A stretch of 64,000 bases of DNA, from NCBI RefSeq assembly GCF_044647545.1, contig NZ_CP172818.1. One strand, 5' to 3'. The notes under the pieces are model-generated. The model did not search any database, was not told the DNA's origin, and saw only the letters and a list, made by a program, of their open reading frames with translations. The DNA is from Escherichia coli (GTDB lineage Bacteria; Pseudomonadota; Gammaproteobacteria; Enterobacterales; Enterobacteriaceae). A program made the translations under genes and the position numbers. Each line of letters begins with the position of its first letter. Within the stretch, counting starts at the first letter, position 1. Of the stretch, positions 33,608-47,962 are shown piece by piece.

Positions 33608-35449
33608 TCAACGCAGTACCATCAACAGTGCCAGCACCACGACCGCACCGATGCTCATGGATGCCACATACCAGCGCAGATAACCGTTCTCGCTTAACAG
33701 CAGACCTTTACCTGCAAAGCGGGAAAGGACAGCCGGGATGTTCATCATTGAGTTCAGCGGATCGCGTTTCAGCAACCAGGCAATACCCAGGAACGGCTTG
33801 ACGAACACTTTGTCGTACAGCCAGTCAAAGCCCCAGGCGTTGTACCACCAGGTGCCCAGCAGACGGCCCGGCGCACTGTTGGCGATGGAGGTCACCAGAG
33901 TACGTTTACCCAGCCACAGCCAGGCAGCCAGCAGAATGCCGACCACCGCGACCACGCCAGAGGTAATTTCCAGGGTCAACATGCTGCCGTGCGCCAGCTC
34001 TGTCGTTTGCGGAAGCACGCCCTGCAGCGGCGGTACAATCAGTGCGCCAACGAAGGTGGAAAGGATCAGCAGCACAATCAGCGGCAGGCTGTGAGTTACC
34101 CCTTTCACGGCGTGAGCGTGAATTTGTTCTTTTCCGTGGAAGACGATGAAAATCATACGGAAGGTATAAAGCGAGGTCATAAACGCACCGACCAGACCTG
34201 CCACCATCAGATTGATATGACCATTCGCCATCGCACCCGCGAGGATCTCATCCTTACTGAAGAAGCCCGCAGTGACCAGCGGCAGTGCCGACAGTGCTGC
34301 GCCGCCCACCAGGAAGCAGAGATAAACCAGCGGAATAGATTTACGCAGACCGCCCATCTTGAAGATGTTCTGTTCGTGATGGCAGGCCAGAATGACGGAA
34401 CCGGATGCCAGGAACAGCAGCGCTTTAAAGAACGCGTGAGTCATCAAGTGGAAAATCGCCGCATCCCATGCCTGCACGCCAAGCGCGAGGAACATGTAGC
34501 CAATCTGGCTCATGGTAGAGTAAGCGAGAACACGTTTGATATCGGTCTGTACCAGCGCGGCAAAACCGGCCAGCAGCAGCGTAACCGCCCCAACAATGCC
34601 CACCAGATGCAGAACTTCCGGCGTCATCAGGAACAGGCCGTGGGTACGGGCGATCAGGTAGACACCCGCGGTTACCATCGTTGCGGCGTGGATCAGCGCG
34701 GAGACAGGCGTCGGGCCCGCCATCGCGTCGGCAAGCCATGTCTGCAACGGCAACTGCGCAGATTTACCGACCGCACCGCCCAGCAGCATCAGCGTCGCCC
34801 ACATCAGCATGTTATTGCCATCAGCAAAGTGCGCTGGTGCCAGTTCCACCATTTCGCGGAAGTTCAGGGTGCCCAGTTCGTTGTAGAGAATGAACAGCGC
34901 GAAAGCGAGGAACACGTCACCCACACGGGTCACGACGAACGCTTTCATTGCCGCTGCGCCATTCTTCGGATCGGTGTAATAGAAACCGATCAGCAGATAG
35001 GAGCACAGGCCCACGCCTTCCCAGCCGAGGTACATCAGCAGCAGGTTGTCGGCAAGCACCAGAACCACCATGCTGGCGATGAACAGGTTAGTGTAGGCGA
35101 AGAAGCGAGAGTAGCCCTCTTCACCGCGCATGTACCAGGAGGCGTACATGTGGATCAGGAAACCCACACCTGTGACCACCGAGAGCATAGTCAGCGACAG
35201 GCCGTCCAGCACCAGGTTAAAACCGATGTTAAAGTCGCCTACCGACATCCACGTCCACAGCGGCTGGCTGTATGCCTGCTCACCGTTAGCGAAGAAGTCA
35301 ACGCCGATAAAGGCAGTTACCAGCGCCGCCAGGCCCACAGAGCCAACGCCCACGATCGCCGAGACGTTTTCAGACCAACGCCCACGGGAGAACGCCAGCA
35401 GGACAAAGCCAATCAATGGCAAAATAATGGTTAAGGCAAGCATGTTCAT
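33608..35449 (-). CDS. nuoL: NADH-quinone oxidoreductase subunit L
   Basis: ORF 33608..35449 minus, 613 aa. Confidence 0.95.
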
Positions 35450-35748
35450 CCGCGCATCTCACTTACTGAATCGATGTTCAGGTTCTGGCGACGACGGTGA
35501 AGTTGCAGCAGCAGCGCAAGGCCGATACTTGCTTCTGCCGCCGCGAGGCTGATGGCGAGAATGTACATCACCTGACCGTCGGTCTGGCCCCAGTAGCTTC
35601 CGGCGACCACAAAGGCCAGCGCGGAGGCGTTAATCATGATTTCCAGACCAATCAGCATAAACAGCAGATTGCGACGGATAACCAGACCGGTTAAGCCAAG
35701 AACGAATAAGATTGCCGCGAGGATCAGTCCATGTTGTAAGGGGATCAT
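35446..35748 (-). CDS. nuoK: NADH-quinone oxidoreductase subunit K
   Basis: ORF 35446..35748 minus, 100 aa; 4-bp overlap with nuoL. Confidence 0.95.
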
Positions 35749-36299
35749 GCGTGCTCCTCCGTTTTTCTTTTCGCGCTGTCGTCTTTACGATTACTCAGCA
35801 CTTCACCCGCTCGCTCTTCACGACCAACGTGGAAGGCCACAACCAGACCCGCGAGCAGCAGCATAGAAGCCAGTTCCACCGCCAGTACGTAAGGCCCGAA
35901 CAGCGTAATACCCACTGCTTTAGCACTGATTGGCGTACCGTCGATACCCTGATCATTAACACCAAGGATGGCGTAAACAATCACCACCAGCATGATGGCC
36001 GACAAAATCGCCGGACCAATCCACACCTGCGGTTTCAGCCACTGGCGTTCCTGTTCGATTTCTGAACCGCCCAGGTTGAGCATCATCACCACGAACACGA
36101 ACAGCACCATAATGGCACCCGCATAGACGATAATTTCCAGCGCACCGGCGAAGTAAGCGCCCAGTGAGAAGAACACCCCAGAGATCGCCAGCAGCGAAAT
36201 AATCAGGTACAGCAGTGCGTGTACCGGATTGGTATGAGTGATCACTCGCAAGGTCGCAAGTATGGCTATCAGGCCACAGATATAAAAAGCGAACTCCAT
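35745..36299 (-). CDS. nuoJ: NADH-quinone oxidoreductase subunit J
   Basis: ORF 35745..36299 minus, 184 aa. Confidence 0.95.
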
Positions 36300-36310
36300 T
36301 GCCCCTCTCC

Positions 36311-36853
36311 TTACGGTAACAGGCTCTTGACGTCGATAGGCTTGGCTTCGTTCTCTGCTTCGCCCTTATCTTTGCCGTCGATTGCCATACCTGCCATCCG
36401 GTAGAAGTTATATTCCGGGTATTTGCCCGGACCGGAGATCAGCAGATCCTCTTTCTCGTAAACCAGATCCTGGCGCTTGTATTCCCCCATTTCGAAATCC
36501 GGGGTTAACTGAATCGCCGTGGTCGGACAGGCTTCTTCGCACAGACCACAGAAAATGCAGCGTGAGAAGTTGATGCGGAAAAATTCCGGATACCAGCGAC
36601 CGTCTTTGGTTTCTGCTTTTTGCAGCGAGATACAGCCGACCGGGCAGGCTACCGCGCAGAGGTTACAGGCTACGCAACGCTCTTCGCCGTCCGGATCGCG
36701 GGTCAGAACGATACGACCACGATAACGGGGCGGCAGATAGACCGGCTCTTCCGGGTACATTCGCGTTTCGCGTTTGGCGAACGCGTGCAGGCCGATCATC
36801 CAGATACTACGAACCTGGGTGCCGAAACCTACTAACAATTCTTTTAAGGTCAT
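36311..36853 (-). CDS. nuoI: NADH-quinone oxidoreductase subunit I (2x[4Fe-4S] ferredoxin)
   Basis: ORF 36311..36853 minus, 180 aa; two CxxCxxCxxxCP motifs. Confidence 0.95.
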
Positions 36854-36867
36854 GGTCTTATTGCCCC

Positions 36868-37845
36868 TTATTGCGCCTGCCAGAGAATGACAGCCGCCGT
36901 TACCAGCAAGTTGATCAGCGTCAGCGGCAGGCAGATTTTCCAGCCGAAGGACATTACCTGGTCATAACGCGGACGCGGTAACGACGCACGAATCAAAATG
37001 AACATCATCATAAAGAACGCGGTTTTCAGCGCGAACCAGATGAATGGCGGTAACAACGGGCCTTGCCAGCCACCGAAGAACAGCGTCACCATCAGTGCAG
37101 AGATGGTCACAATCCCGATGTATTCGCCCACGAAGAACAGACCGAACTTCATGCCGGAATATTCAATGTGGTAACCATCCGCCAGTTCCTGCTCGGCTTC
37201 CGGCTGGTCAAACGGGTGACGGTGACACACCGCCACGCCCGCGATGGCAAAGGTAATAAAACCAAAGAATTGCGGGATGACGTTCCACACATGCGCCTGG
37301 CTGTTGACGATGTCGGTCATGTTGAATGAACCGGCCTGCGCCACCACGCCCATCAGGGAAAGCCCGAGGAACACTTCGTAGCTCAGAGTCTGCGCAGAAG
37401 CACGCATCGCCCCCAGCAACGAGTATTTGTTGTTACTTGACCAGCCCGCAAACAGCACCGCGTAGACCGCCAGACCGGCCATCATCAGGAAGAACAAAAT
37501 CCCGATGTTCAGGTCGGCAACCACCCAACCCGGACTGACTGGCACAATCGCAAAGGCCAGCAGCAGCGAGGTAAAGGCAATCATCGGCGCCAGGGTAAAG
37601 ATGACGCGATCCGAGAATTTCGGGATCCAGTCTTCTTTAAAGAACATTTTGATCATGTCCGCAACCAGCTGGAGCGAACCGCCCCAGCCAACACGGTTAG
37701 GTCCGTAACGGTTCTGGAACAGCCCCAGCAGGCGACGTTCGCCAAAGCTCATGAAAGCCCCACAGGTGACAACCACCAGCAGGATCACCACCGCTTTGAG
37801 GATGGTCAGCAGGATCTCAATCAGTTCCGGTGTTATCCAACTCAT
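36868..37845 (-). CDS. nuoH: NADH-quinone oxidoreductase subunit H
   Basis: ORF 36868..37845 minus, 325 aa. Confidence 0.95.
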
Positions 37846-40568
37846 TGCTGTGCCTCCTTGAGATCCTCAAGATGCGCGCCAGCCAGCACCGGAGCAATGC
37901 CGGACATACCCATCGGCAAGCCCACCTGCCCTGCCGTCAGTCCTTCGGCGATTTCAACCGGCAGCGTGACCGTGTTGCCATCGTAACTAAAGGAGACGCG
38001 TGTACCTGCGTTCACACCCAACTTCGCGGCATCCGCTGGGTTGAGTTTGATGTACGGCTGCGGCATACGGCTCTGGAAGACCGGAGCACGCTGTGACAAT
38101 TCATCGCTGCCAAACAGGTGGTAATACGGCGCGATACGCCATTTCCCGTCCTGCGGCTGGAAGCGTGCCGGTACGCTGGTGAAGTAATCCAGACCATTTT
38201 CGCTGGTTTCAAACAGACGCACGCCCGGATCGCCAAAGCGCAGTTTGCCGCCCACTTCGTCCTGGAATTTGTTCCACGCCTGCGGGGAGTTCCAGCCCGG
38301 TGCCCAGGCAAACGGCACTTGCGAACGGTGCGCGGTCGGCTGGTTGTTACCTTCCATCGAGAAGGTGAACATGGTGTCAATATCCTGCGGCTGACGCGGC
38401 TCATGAACGCTGATATTGGCGCGCATGGCGGTACGACCGCTGTAACGGTGCGGCTCACGGGCCAGTTTCTGCCCACGAATACGGAATGTCGCATCCGGCG
38501 CAGCATCTTTGATACCCGCCAGTTCCGGGATTTTCGCCACAACAGCGTCAATCACATGGTCGAGCTGCGTCCAGTCCACTTCACGGCTCAGCAGGGTGCT
38601 GTGCAGCGAGTGTAACCAACGCCAGCTTTCCAGCATGACAGTTTTGCTGTCGTAATAAGCCGGATCGTAAACCTGGAAGAAACGTTGGGCACGGCCTTCG
38701 TTGTTAATCACCGTACCGTCGCTTTCAGCAAAGCTGGCAGCAGAAAGTACCAGATGGGCGTTTTCCATAATCGCTGTGCGTTGATGGTCAACCACCATCA
38801 CCAGCGGCGCTTTAGCCAGCGCAGCATTCACGCGGGTAGCAGAAGCGTGACGATGCAGATCGTTTTCCAACACCACCACCGCGTCGGCGCGTCCGGTTTC
38901 CAGTTCGGTTAACGCTTCTTCAAGCGATCCACCGCCCATAATGCCCAGCCCCATGCTGTTGACGGAACGGGCAATCATGGTGATACCGACGTCAGCGCCG
39001 CGACCTTTCAGGGCTTTCGCCACGTTAGCCGCTGCCTGAATCACTTCAGCGCTACCAGCGTTCGTCCCGGAGATAATCAACGGTTTCTTCGCACCAGCCA
39101 GTGCCTGCACGATGACGTCGATTTTGCTTTGCAGCTCAGGTTCGATACCGTCAACCGCTGGCGCGGAGTTATCCAGCGCATGGGCGATGGCAAAACCTAA
39201 ACGCGCCTGATCTTCAACCGGTGCGCGGTAAGTCCACGCCGCGATATCATCCAGACGGGTGTCATCAACGTTGGTAACAAACAGCGGATGCTTCGCACGT
39301 TGACCGATGTTGAGGATTGCCGCAATCTGCCAGTCAGCCACTTTCTGTGCTGCCGCCATTTCGCGTGCTTTACCTTTCACCGCCTGACGAACTGCCAGCG
39401 CGACGCGCGCGCCGGTCTGGGTAACGTCTTCGCCCAGCACCAGTACCGCATCGTAAGATTCAATTTCGCGTAAGGCCGGAGTATAAATGCCGCCTTCGCG
39501 CAGAACTTTTAGCGCCAGTTGCAGACGTTCCTGCTCACCGTGAGCGATACCGGTATAGAAGTTTTCTTCGCCCACCAGCTCACGCAGCGCAAAGTTGCTT
39601 TCCACGCTGGCACGCGGAGAACCAATACCGATCACTTTCTTCGACTGACGCAGAATATCTGCTGCGCCCTGCATTGCCTGTTCGGCGTTGAGGGTAATGA
39701 AATCATTGCCACGACGCTGTACTGGCTGACGCGGACGATCTTTCAGGTTGACGTAACCGTAACCGAAACGACCACGGTCGCAGAGGAAGTAGTGGTTTAC
39801 CGTACCGTTGTAACGGTTTTCGATACGACGCAGTTCGCCATAACGCTCGCCGGGGCTGATGTTACAGCCGATGGAACATTGCTGGCAGATGCTCGGCGCA
39901 AACTGCATATCCCATTTACGGTTGTAACGCTCGGAGTGCGTTTTATCGGTAAATACGCCAGTCGGGCAAATTTCGACCAGGTTACCGGAAAATTCGCTTT
40001 CCAGCGTGCCGTCTTCCGGGCGACCGAAGTAGACGTTGTCGTGCGCACCGTAAACGCCCAGGTCCGTACCGTCAGCGTAATCTTTGTAGTAACGCACGCA
40101 GCGGTAGCAGGCGATGCAGCGGTTCATTTCGTGAGAGATGAACGGCCCCAAATCCTGATTACGGTGGGTACGTTTGGTGAAACGGTAGCGACGGAAACTG
40201 TGTCCGGTCATCACGGTCATATCCTGAAGATGGCAGTTACCGCCTTCTTCACATACCGGACAGTCGTGCGGGTGGTTGGTCATTAACCACTCGACCACAC
40301 TTTCACGGAATTGCTTCGCTTCTTCGTCGTCAATGGAAATAAAGGTGCCATCGGAAGCCGGTGTCATACAGGACATCACCAGGCGACCACGCGTGTCTTC
40401 CGCGTTTTGGTATTGCTTTACCGCACACTGGCGGCAAGCACCGACACTTCCCAGCGCCGGATGCCAGCAAAAGTAAGGAATATCAAGGCCCAGAGACAGA
40501 CAAGCTTCCAGCAGGTTGTCCGCTCCGTTGACCTCGTATTCTTTGCCGTCTACATGAATTGTAGCCAT
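37842..40568 (-). CDS. nuoG: NADH-quinone oxidoreductase subunit G
   Basis: ORF 37842..40574 minus; start taken at ATG 40568 ([13 protein letters not shown]...), which has a GGAAG SD at suitable spacing. Confidence 0.95.
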   Translation of the reverse strand: MATIHVDGKEYEVNGADNLLEACLSLGLDIPYFCWHPALGSVGACRQCAVKQYQNAEDTRGRLVMSCMTPASDGTFISIDDEEAKQFRESVVEWLMTNHPHDCPVCEEGGNCHLQDMTVMTGHSFRRYRFTKRTHRNQDLGPFISHEMNRCIACYRCVRYYKDYADGTDLGVYGAHDNVYFGRPEDGTLESEFSGNLVEICPTGVFTDKTHSERYNRKWDMQFAPSICQQCSIGCNISPGERYGELRRIENRYNGTVNHYFLCDRGRFGYGYVNLKDRPRQPVQRRGNDFITLNAEQAMQGAADILRQSKKVIGIGSPRASVESNFALRELVGEENFYTGIAHGEQERLQLALKVLREGGIYTPALREIESYDAVLVLGEDVTQTGARVALAVRQAVKGKAREMAAAQKVADWQIAAILNIGQRAKHPLFVTNVDDTRLDDIAAWTYRAPVEDQARLGFAIAHALDNSAPAVDGIEPELQSKIDVIVQALAGAKKPLIISGTNAGSAEVIQAAANVAKALKGRGADVGITMIARSVNSMGLGIMGGGSLEEALTELETGRADAVVVLENDLHRHASATRVNAALAKAPLVMVVDHQRTAIMENAHLVLSAASFAESDGTVINNEGRAQRFFQVYDPAYYDSKTVMLESWRWLHSLHSTLLSREVDWTQLDHVIDAVVAKIPELAGIKDAAPDATFRIRGQKLAREPHRYSGRTAMRANISVHEPRQPQDIDTMFTFSMEGNNQPTAHRSQVPFAWAPGWNSPQAWNKFQDEVGGKLRFGDPGVRLFETSENGLDYFTSVPARFQPQDGKWRIAPYYHLFGSDELSQRAPVFQSRMPQPYIKLNPADAAKLGVNAGTRVSFSYDGNTVTLPVEIAEGLTAGQVGLPMGMSGIAPVLAGAHLEDLKEAQQ

Positions 40569-40620
40569 TAGCATGCTTCCAGTTTTCTCGGTCAGGGACC
40601 GAGCGTTAATCGAAATTCGG

Positions 40621-41958
40621 TTACCAGCGCTCTTTCAGCAGGTTCGGCTGAATCCCATTAATCAAATGGGTATTGCTGAACGGCTGTTTGATTCCCGCCT
40701 CAAATTCTTCGCGGAAATATTTGATGGCGCTCTGTAACGGCTCCACTGCACCAGGTGCGTGGGCACAGAAGGTTTTACCCGGGCCTAAGAATCGACACAG
40801 TTGCTCAAGTGTTTCGATATCGCCCGGCTGACCTTCGCCACGCTCCAGCGCACGCAGAATTTTCACGCTCCATGGCAGACCGTCTCGGCACGGCGTACAC
40901 CAGCCGCAGGACTCACGGGCGAAAAACTCTTCCAGGTTACGTACCAGCGACACCATGTTGATTTCATGGTCAACCGCCATCGCCAGCGCCGTACCCAGAC
41001 GGCTTCCCGCTTTACCGATGCTTTCGAATTCCATCGGCAGGTCAAGATGCGCTTCGGTCAGGAAATCGGTGCCCGCACCACCTGGCTGCCAGGCTTTGAA
41101 TTTCAGGCCGTCACGCATACCACCAGCGTAATCTTCAAGGATTTCACGCGCGGTGGTGCCGAACGGCAGTTCCCACAGGCCCGGATTTTTCACCCGACCG
41201 GAGAAGCCCATCAGCTTGGTGCCAGCATCTTTGCTTTTCGAGATGTTCTGATACCACTCCACGCCGTTCGCGAGGATCGCCGGAACGTTGCACAGGGTTT
41301 CAACGTTGTTGACGCAGGTCGGTTTACCCCATGCACCGGAGGTTGCCGGGAATGGCGGCTTCGAGCGCGGGTTAGCGCGACGCCCTTCCAGGGAGTTGAT
41401 TAACGCTGTTTCTTCACCGCAGATATAGCGCCCTGCCCCGGTATGGACAAACAGCTCGAAATCGAAACCTGTTCCCATAATGTTTTTGCCAAGCAGACCC
41501 GCTTCGGTCGCTTCGGCAATAGCACGGCGCAGATTCACTGCCGCTTCAATATATTCGCCACGCAGGAAGATGTAGCCACGATACGCTTTCAGCGCAAACG
41601 CAGAAATGAGCATACCTTCCACCAGCAGGTGCGGTAGTTGCTCCATCAGCAGGCGGTCTTTATAGGTGCCCGGCTCCATTTCATCGGCATTACACAGCAG
41701 GTAACGGATGTTCATGGATTCGTCTTTCGGCATCAGGCTCCACTTCAGGCCAGTAGAAAAGCCCGCGCCGCCGCGCCCTTTCAGGCCAGAGTCTTTAACC
41801 TGATTAACGATTTCGTCAGGAGACAACCCGGTCAGCGCCTTACGCGCGCCTTCGTAACCGTTTTTACTGCGATATTCGTCCAGCCACACTGGCTGTTTGT
41901 CATCGCGCAGACGCCAGGTCAGCGGATGCGTTTCGGGAGTACGGATAATGTTTTTCAT
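40621..41958 (-). CDS. nuoF: NADH-quinone oxidoreductase subunit F (FMN/NADH-binding)
   Basis: ORF 40621..41958 minus, 445 aa. Confidence 0.95.
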   Translation of the reverse strand: MKNIIRTPETHPLTWRLRDDKQPVWLDEYRSKNGYEGARKALTGLSPDEIVNQVKDSGLKGRGGAGFSTGLKWSLMPKDESMNIRYLLCNADEMEPGTYKDRLLMEQLPHLLVEGMLISAFALKAYRGYIFLRGEYIEAAVNLRRAIAEATEAGLLGKNIMGTGFDFELFVHTGAGRYICGEETALINSLEGRRANPRSKPPFPATSGAWGKPTCVNNVETLCNVPAILANGVEWYQNISKSKDAGTKLMGFSGRVKNPGLWELPFGTTAREILEDYAGGMRDGLKFKAWQPGGAGTDFLTEAHLDLPMEFESIGKAGSRLGTALAMAVDHEINMVSLVRNLEEFFARESCGWCTPCRDGLPWSVKILRALERGEGQPGDIETLEQLCRFLGPGKTFCAHAPGAVEPLQSAIKYFREEFEAGIKQPFSNTHLINGIQPNLLKERW

Positions 41959-42455
41959 TTATACCGCTCCAGCAGTTCAGGGATCGCTTCCGGGGTCAGA
42001 TGCGCGTGAGTATCCTCATCGATCATCATGTTTGGCCCTTTATCGCAGTTCCCCAGGCAGCAGGTTGGCAGCAGCGTAAAGCGACCGTCAAACGTGGTTT
42101 GCCCTGGTTTGATATTCAGTTTTTTCTCCAGCGCTGCCTGAATGCCCTGGTAACCGTTGATGTGACAGACCACGCTGTCGCAATAACGGATCACATGGCG
42201 GCCTACTGGCTGGCGGAAGATCTGACTGTAGAATGTAGCCACGCCTTCGACATCGCTTGCGGGAATACCCAGAACATCAGCGATCGCGTGGATCGCGCCG
42301 TCCGGCACCCAGCCACGCTGCTTCTGAACGATTTTCAGCGCTTCAATGGACGCCGCACGCGGGTCTTCGTAGTGGTGCATCTCGTGCTCAATCGCTTCAC
42401 GCTCAGCCGCACTCAGCTCAAAAGCCTCGGTTTGTGGTTGTTGATTCTCGTGCAT
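41955..42455 (-). CDS. nuoE: NADH-quinone oxidoreductase subunit E
   Basis: ORF 41955..42455 minus, 166 aa. Confidence 0.95.
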
Positions 42456-42457
42456 AA

Positions 42458-44260
42458 TTAGCGGTCCACATCTGACATAACAAAATCGATACTGCCCAGA
42501 TAAACAATCAGGTCAGACACCAGGCTGCCGCGGATCGCCGCCGGAATTTGCTGCAAATGCGCATAACTCGGCGTACGGATACGGGTGCGATAACTCATGG
42601 TGCTACCGTCGCTGGTCAGGTAGTAACTGTTGATCCCCTTGGTCGCCTCAATCATCTGGAAGGATTCATTGGCAGGCATCACCGGCCCCCACGACACTTG
42701 CAGGAAGTGGGTGATCAGGGTTTCGATATGTTGCAACGTGCGCTCTTTCGGCGGCGGCGTGGTCAGCGGGTGATCCGCTTTGAACGGGCCTTCCGGCATG
42801 TTGTTGAGGCACTGCTCAAGAATGCGCAGACTCTGGCGCAGCTCTTCCACTTTCAGCATTACGCGGGTGTAGCAGTCAGAAACGCCACCACCCACCGGGA
42901 TTTCAAAGTCGAAGTTTTCATAGCCAGAATAAGGACGCGCCTTACGCACGTCGAAGTCGATCCCGGTGGCACGCAGGCCCGCGCCGGTGGTGCCCCACTC
43001 CAGCGCCTCTTTCGCGCCGTAAGCGGCAACGCCCTGGGAACGACCTTTCAGAATGGTATTTTGCAGCGCCGCTTTCTCGTAAGACGCCAGACGTTTCGGC
43101 ATCCAGTCGAGGAACTCACGCAGCAGGCGATCCCAACCGCGCGGCAGGTCGTGCGCTACGCCGCCAATACGGAACCACGCCGGGTGCATACGAAAACCCG
43201 TGATCGCTTCCACCAGATCGTAAATTTTCTGACGATCGGTAAAGGCGAAGAACACTGGCGTCATCGCGCCGACGTCCTGAATAAAGGTGGAGATATACAG
43301 CAGATGGCTGTTGATGCGGAACAGCTCAGAAAGCATTACGCGAATGACGTTAACGCGATCCGGCACGGTGATCCCGGCCAGTTTCTCTACCGCCAGCACA
43401 TAAGGCATTTCGTTAACGCAGCCGCCGAGGTATTCGATACGGTCGGTATACGGAATGTAGCTATGCCAGGACTGGCGCTCGCCCATTTTCTCCGCACCAC
43501 GGTGGTGGTAGCCGATGTCTGGTACGCAGTCGACAATCTCTTCGCCATCGAGCTGCAAAACGATACGGAAAGCACCGTGCGCCGACGGGTGGTTCGGACC
43601 GAGGTTGAGGAACATGAAGTCCTCGTTTTCGGTGCCGCGCTTCATCCCCCACTCTTCCGGTTTGAAGGTCAGGGCTTCCATTTCCAGATCCTGTTTGGCT
43701 TTGGTCAGCTCAAACGGCGAGAATTCGGTAGCGCGCGCCGGGTAATCTTTACGCAGCGGATGACCTTTCCAGGTTTGCGGCATCATGATGCGGCGCAAAT
43801 TAGGATGACCGTCGAAAGTAATGCCAAACAGATCCCAGGTCTCACGCTCATACCAGTTAGCGTTCGGGAACAGTTTGGTGAAGGTCGGTACGTGCAGGTC
43901 GTTTTCTGCCAGCGCCACCTTCAGCATGATGTCGCGGTTACGATCGATAGAAATCAGATGGTAGAAAACGGAAAAATCCGCGGCAGGTAACCCTTCGCGG
44001 TGTGTGCGCAGACGTTCGTCCATGCCGTGTAAGTCAAACAGCATGACGTAAGGTTTCGGCAGTTTCTTTAAGAAATCGCCAACTTCCAGTAATTGTTCAC
44101 GCTTGATCCACACAACGGGAACCCCGGTGCGAGTCGCCTGAACAGTAAAGGCATCCGGCCCAAAACGGTTGCGCAGTTCGCCAATCACCGGATCATCAAG
44201 ATGATCGCGGGTCTGCCAGGCGGGTTCTTGCGCGGTTAAGTCGGTCATATTGTTCACCAT
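42458..44260 (-). CDS. nuoC: NADH-quinone oxidoreductase subunit C/D (fused)
   Basis: ORF 42458..44260 minus, 600 aa; in-frame ATG at 44248 is an alternative start. Confidence 0.95.
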
Positions 44261-44353
44261 TGCAAATGGTCCGTGGTGACTGTCGGCGCAGTAAGCTTCG
44301 CGAAATAGATTTAGGAATAAGCGAAGAAAAATCCCTTTGCCGACAGGCGCAAA

Positions 44354-45016
44354 TTAAATCTCGTCAGGTGTACGCAGGTTGGTTACGGCAATGCGTTCAC
44401 CGCGCTTGCGTTCGCGCTCTGATTGCATATTGGCGCGATAAACGCCCTGATCGCCAACCACCCAGGAGAGCGGACGACGTTCTTTGCCGATAGATTCCTG
44501 CAACAGCATCAGTGCCTGCATGTACGCTTCAGGACGCGGCGGGCAGCCCGGGATATACACATCAACCGGGATGAATTTATCGACGCCCTGCACAACGGAA
44601 TAAATATCGTACATACCGCCGGAGTTGGCACAGGCACCCATTGAGATAACCCATTTTGGTTCCAGCATCTGGTCATACAGACGCTGAATAACCGGTGCCA
44701 TTTTGGTAAAGCAGGTTCCTGCCACCACCATCAGGTCAGCCTGACGCGGCGAAGCACGCAATACTTCTGCGCCAAAACGCGCCACGTCATGCACCGCGGT
44801 AAACGAAGTCACCATCTCAACGTAACAGCAGGAAAGACCGAAGTTATACGGCCAAATTGAGTTTTTACGACCCCAGTTAACCATGTCATTGAGCTTGCCC
44901 ATAAACACGTTTTTGTTAACTTCTTGCTCCAGAGGGTCGGTTACGATCTCCTGCTTTTGCAGGGGGTAACGGTCGTTCTCACCGTTGGGATCTATGCGGG
45001 TGAGCGTATAATCCAT
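44354..45016 (-). CDS. nuoB: NADH-quinone oxidoreductase subunit B
   Basis: ORF 44354..45016 minus, 220 aa. Confidence 0.95.
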
Positions 45017-45031
45017 CTTAATGCCTCGCGG

Positions 45032-45475
45032 TTAGCGTTGACGATTAGCGATACTGTTCGTTTCCGGGTTCATACGCTCGCGGCGTGAACGCGCGGGCGT
45101 CCAGTCCAGCGCGCCAATACGCACCAGATAAACCAGACCTGCCAGTAACACAAAAATAAAAATTGCAGCTTCCACAAAGCCTACCCAGCCGCTTTCGCGG
45201 ATAGAGGTTGACCATGCGAACAGATACAGCGCTTCAACGTCGAAGATAACGAAGAACATGGCCACCAGATAAAACTTGGCGGACAGGCGTAAGCGGGCGG
45301 AGCCGACCGAGTCGATACCGGATTCAAACGGAACGTTTTTCGACCTTGCGCGTGCGCGACCGCCTAAAAACCAACCGCCTACCAGCATCAGGCAACACAG
45401 GCCAATGGCAACGATAAGAAAGATAGCGAATGCCCAGTGATGAGCGATGACTTCAGTGGATGTTGACATACTCAT
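45032..45475 (-). CDS. nuoA: NADH-quinone oxidoreductase subunit A
   Basis: ORF 45032..45475 minus, 147 aa. Confidence 0.95.
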
Positions 45476-46022
45476 TGCTTACTCATCAAAAGTAGCGCCA
45501 GATTCACTGCTCTTCACGGCAGATGGACGCCACATCGATTCATGGGGAGGAATAAAAAAAACCTTACAATCACTGTAGAAATTCTTTTATACAGCTAATT
45601 GATGTGGTCTTTTACTCCTTTCTATAACCTTTTGTCAACTTTAACAAAAGTTTCTTCACATTAGTTTACATAATATCAACACCATTAGCATTTAATGCCC
45701 TTTCACCCCAGATCCTTGACGACTCCAGGATAATTAGATGTTGTTGAATCGTGTCCGTTGTGAAGCAATGGAAAAAATACGGGTCTATTTTGACAGGAAT
45801 TTGTGTCGATTCCTCCCCCCAAAAGAGAGTATTTTCTTGATCTGTGACACGCTTTTGTCATTCCATAACAAAAACGCAGCAACAAATTTACGTATTTTTT
45901 AACATCATTGTAGCAGGTGATTTTTTTCAGGCGATTATTTGTGCGTTCAGGACGTGAATCTCTGGTGACTGAAAAATGAACAGTTTTGTGCGTTCTGCAC
46001 GATACGAGGAAGGCTTTTTACT
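45476..46022 (-). promoter_or_regulatory. nuo operon promoter/leader region (about 550 bp, AT-rich, non-coding)
   Basis: No credible ORF; lies 5' of nuoA; contains direct repeat TTTGTGCGTTC twice (about 45938 and 45986). Regulator-site assignment not possible by eye. Confidence 0.5.
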
Positions 46023-46068
46023 AAAAAAAAGCCGCTGGGGTTTAAAATCCCTCCAGCGGCTCGTTTTT
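46023..46068 (-). terminator. rho-independent terminator of lrhA (GCCGCTGGAGGG-attttaaa-CCCCAGCGGC followed by T8 on the minus strand)
   Basis: Inverted repeat plus T-run read directly, about 40 bp 3' of the lrhA stop. Confidence 0.7.
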
Positions 46069-46104
46069 ACACTATTGTTCCAGGAATTATCTATCGTCCG
46101 TCGA

Positions 46105-47962
<1,858 letters not shown>

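Noticed and set aside
33989-35434. 481-aa plus-strand ORF antisense to nuoL, and similar long antisense ORFs opposite nuoC (42548..43990), nuoG (39519..40286), menB (18752..19915), menD (21064..21714) and ackA (54041..55081)
   Set aside because: Each lies wholly inside a confidently identified gene on the other strand, has an R/H/Q-rich low-complexity translation and lacks a start context. These are typical antisense open frames in GC-rich coding sequence.
44260-44493. 77-aa plus-strand ORF (TTG start) in the nuoB-nuoC junction
   Set aside because: Mostly antisense to the nuoB 3' end, non-ATG start, no SD; its arginine-rich translation looks like frame noise.
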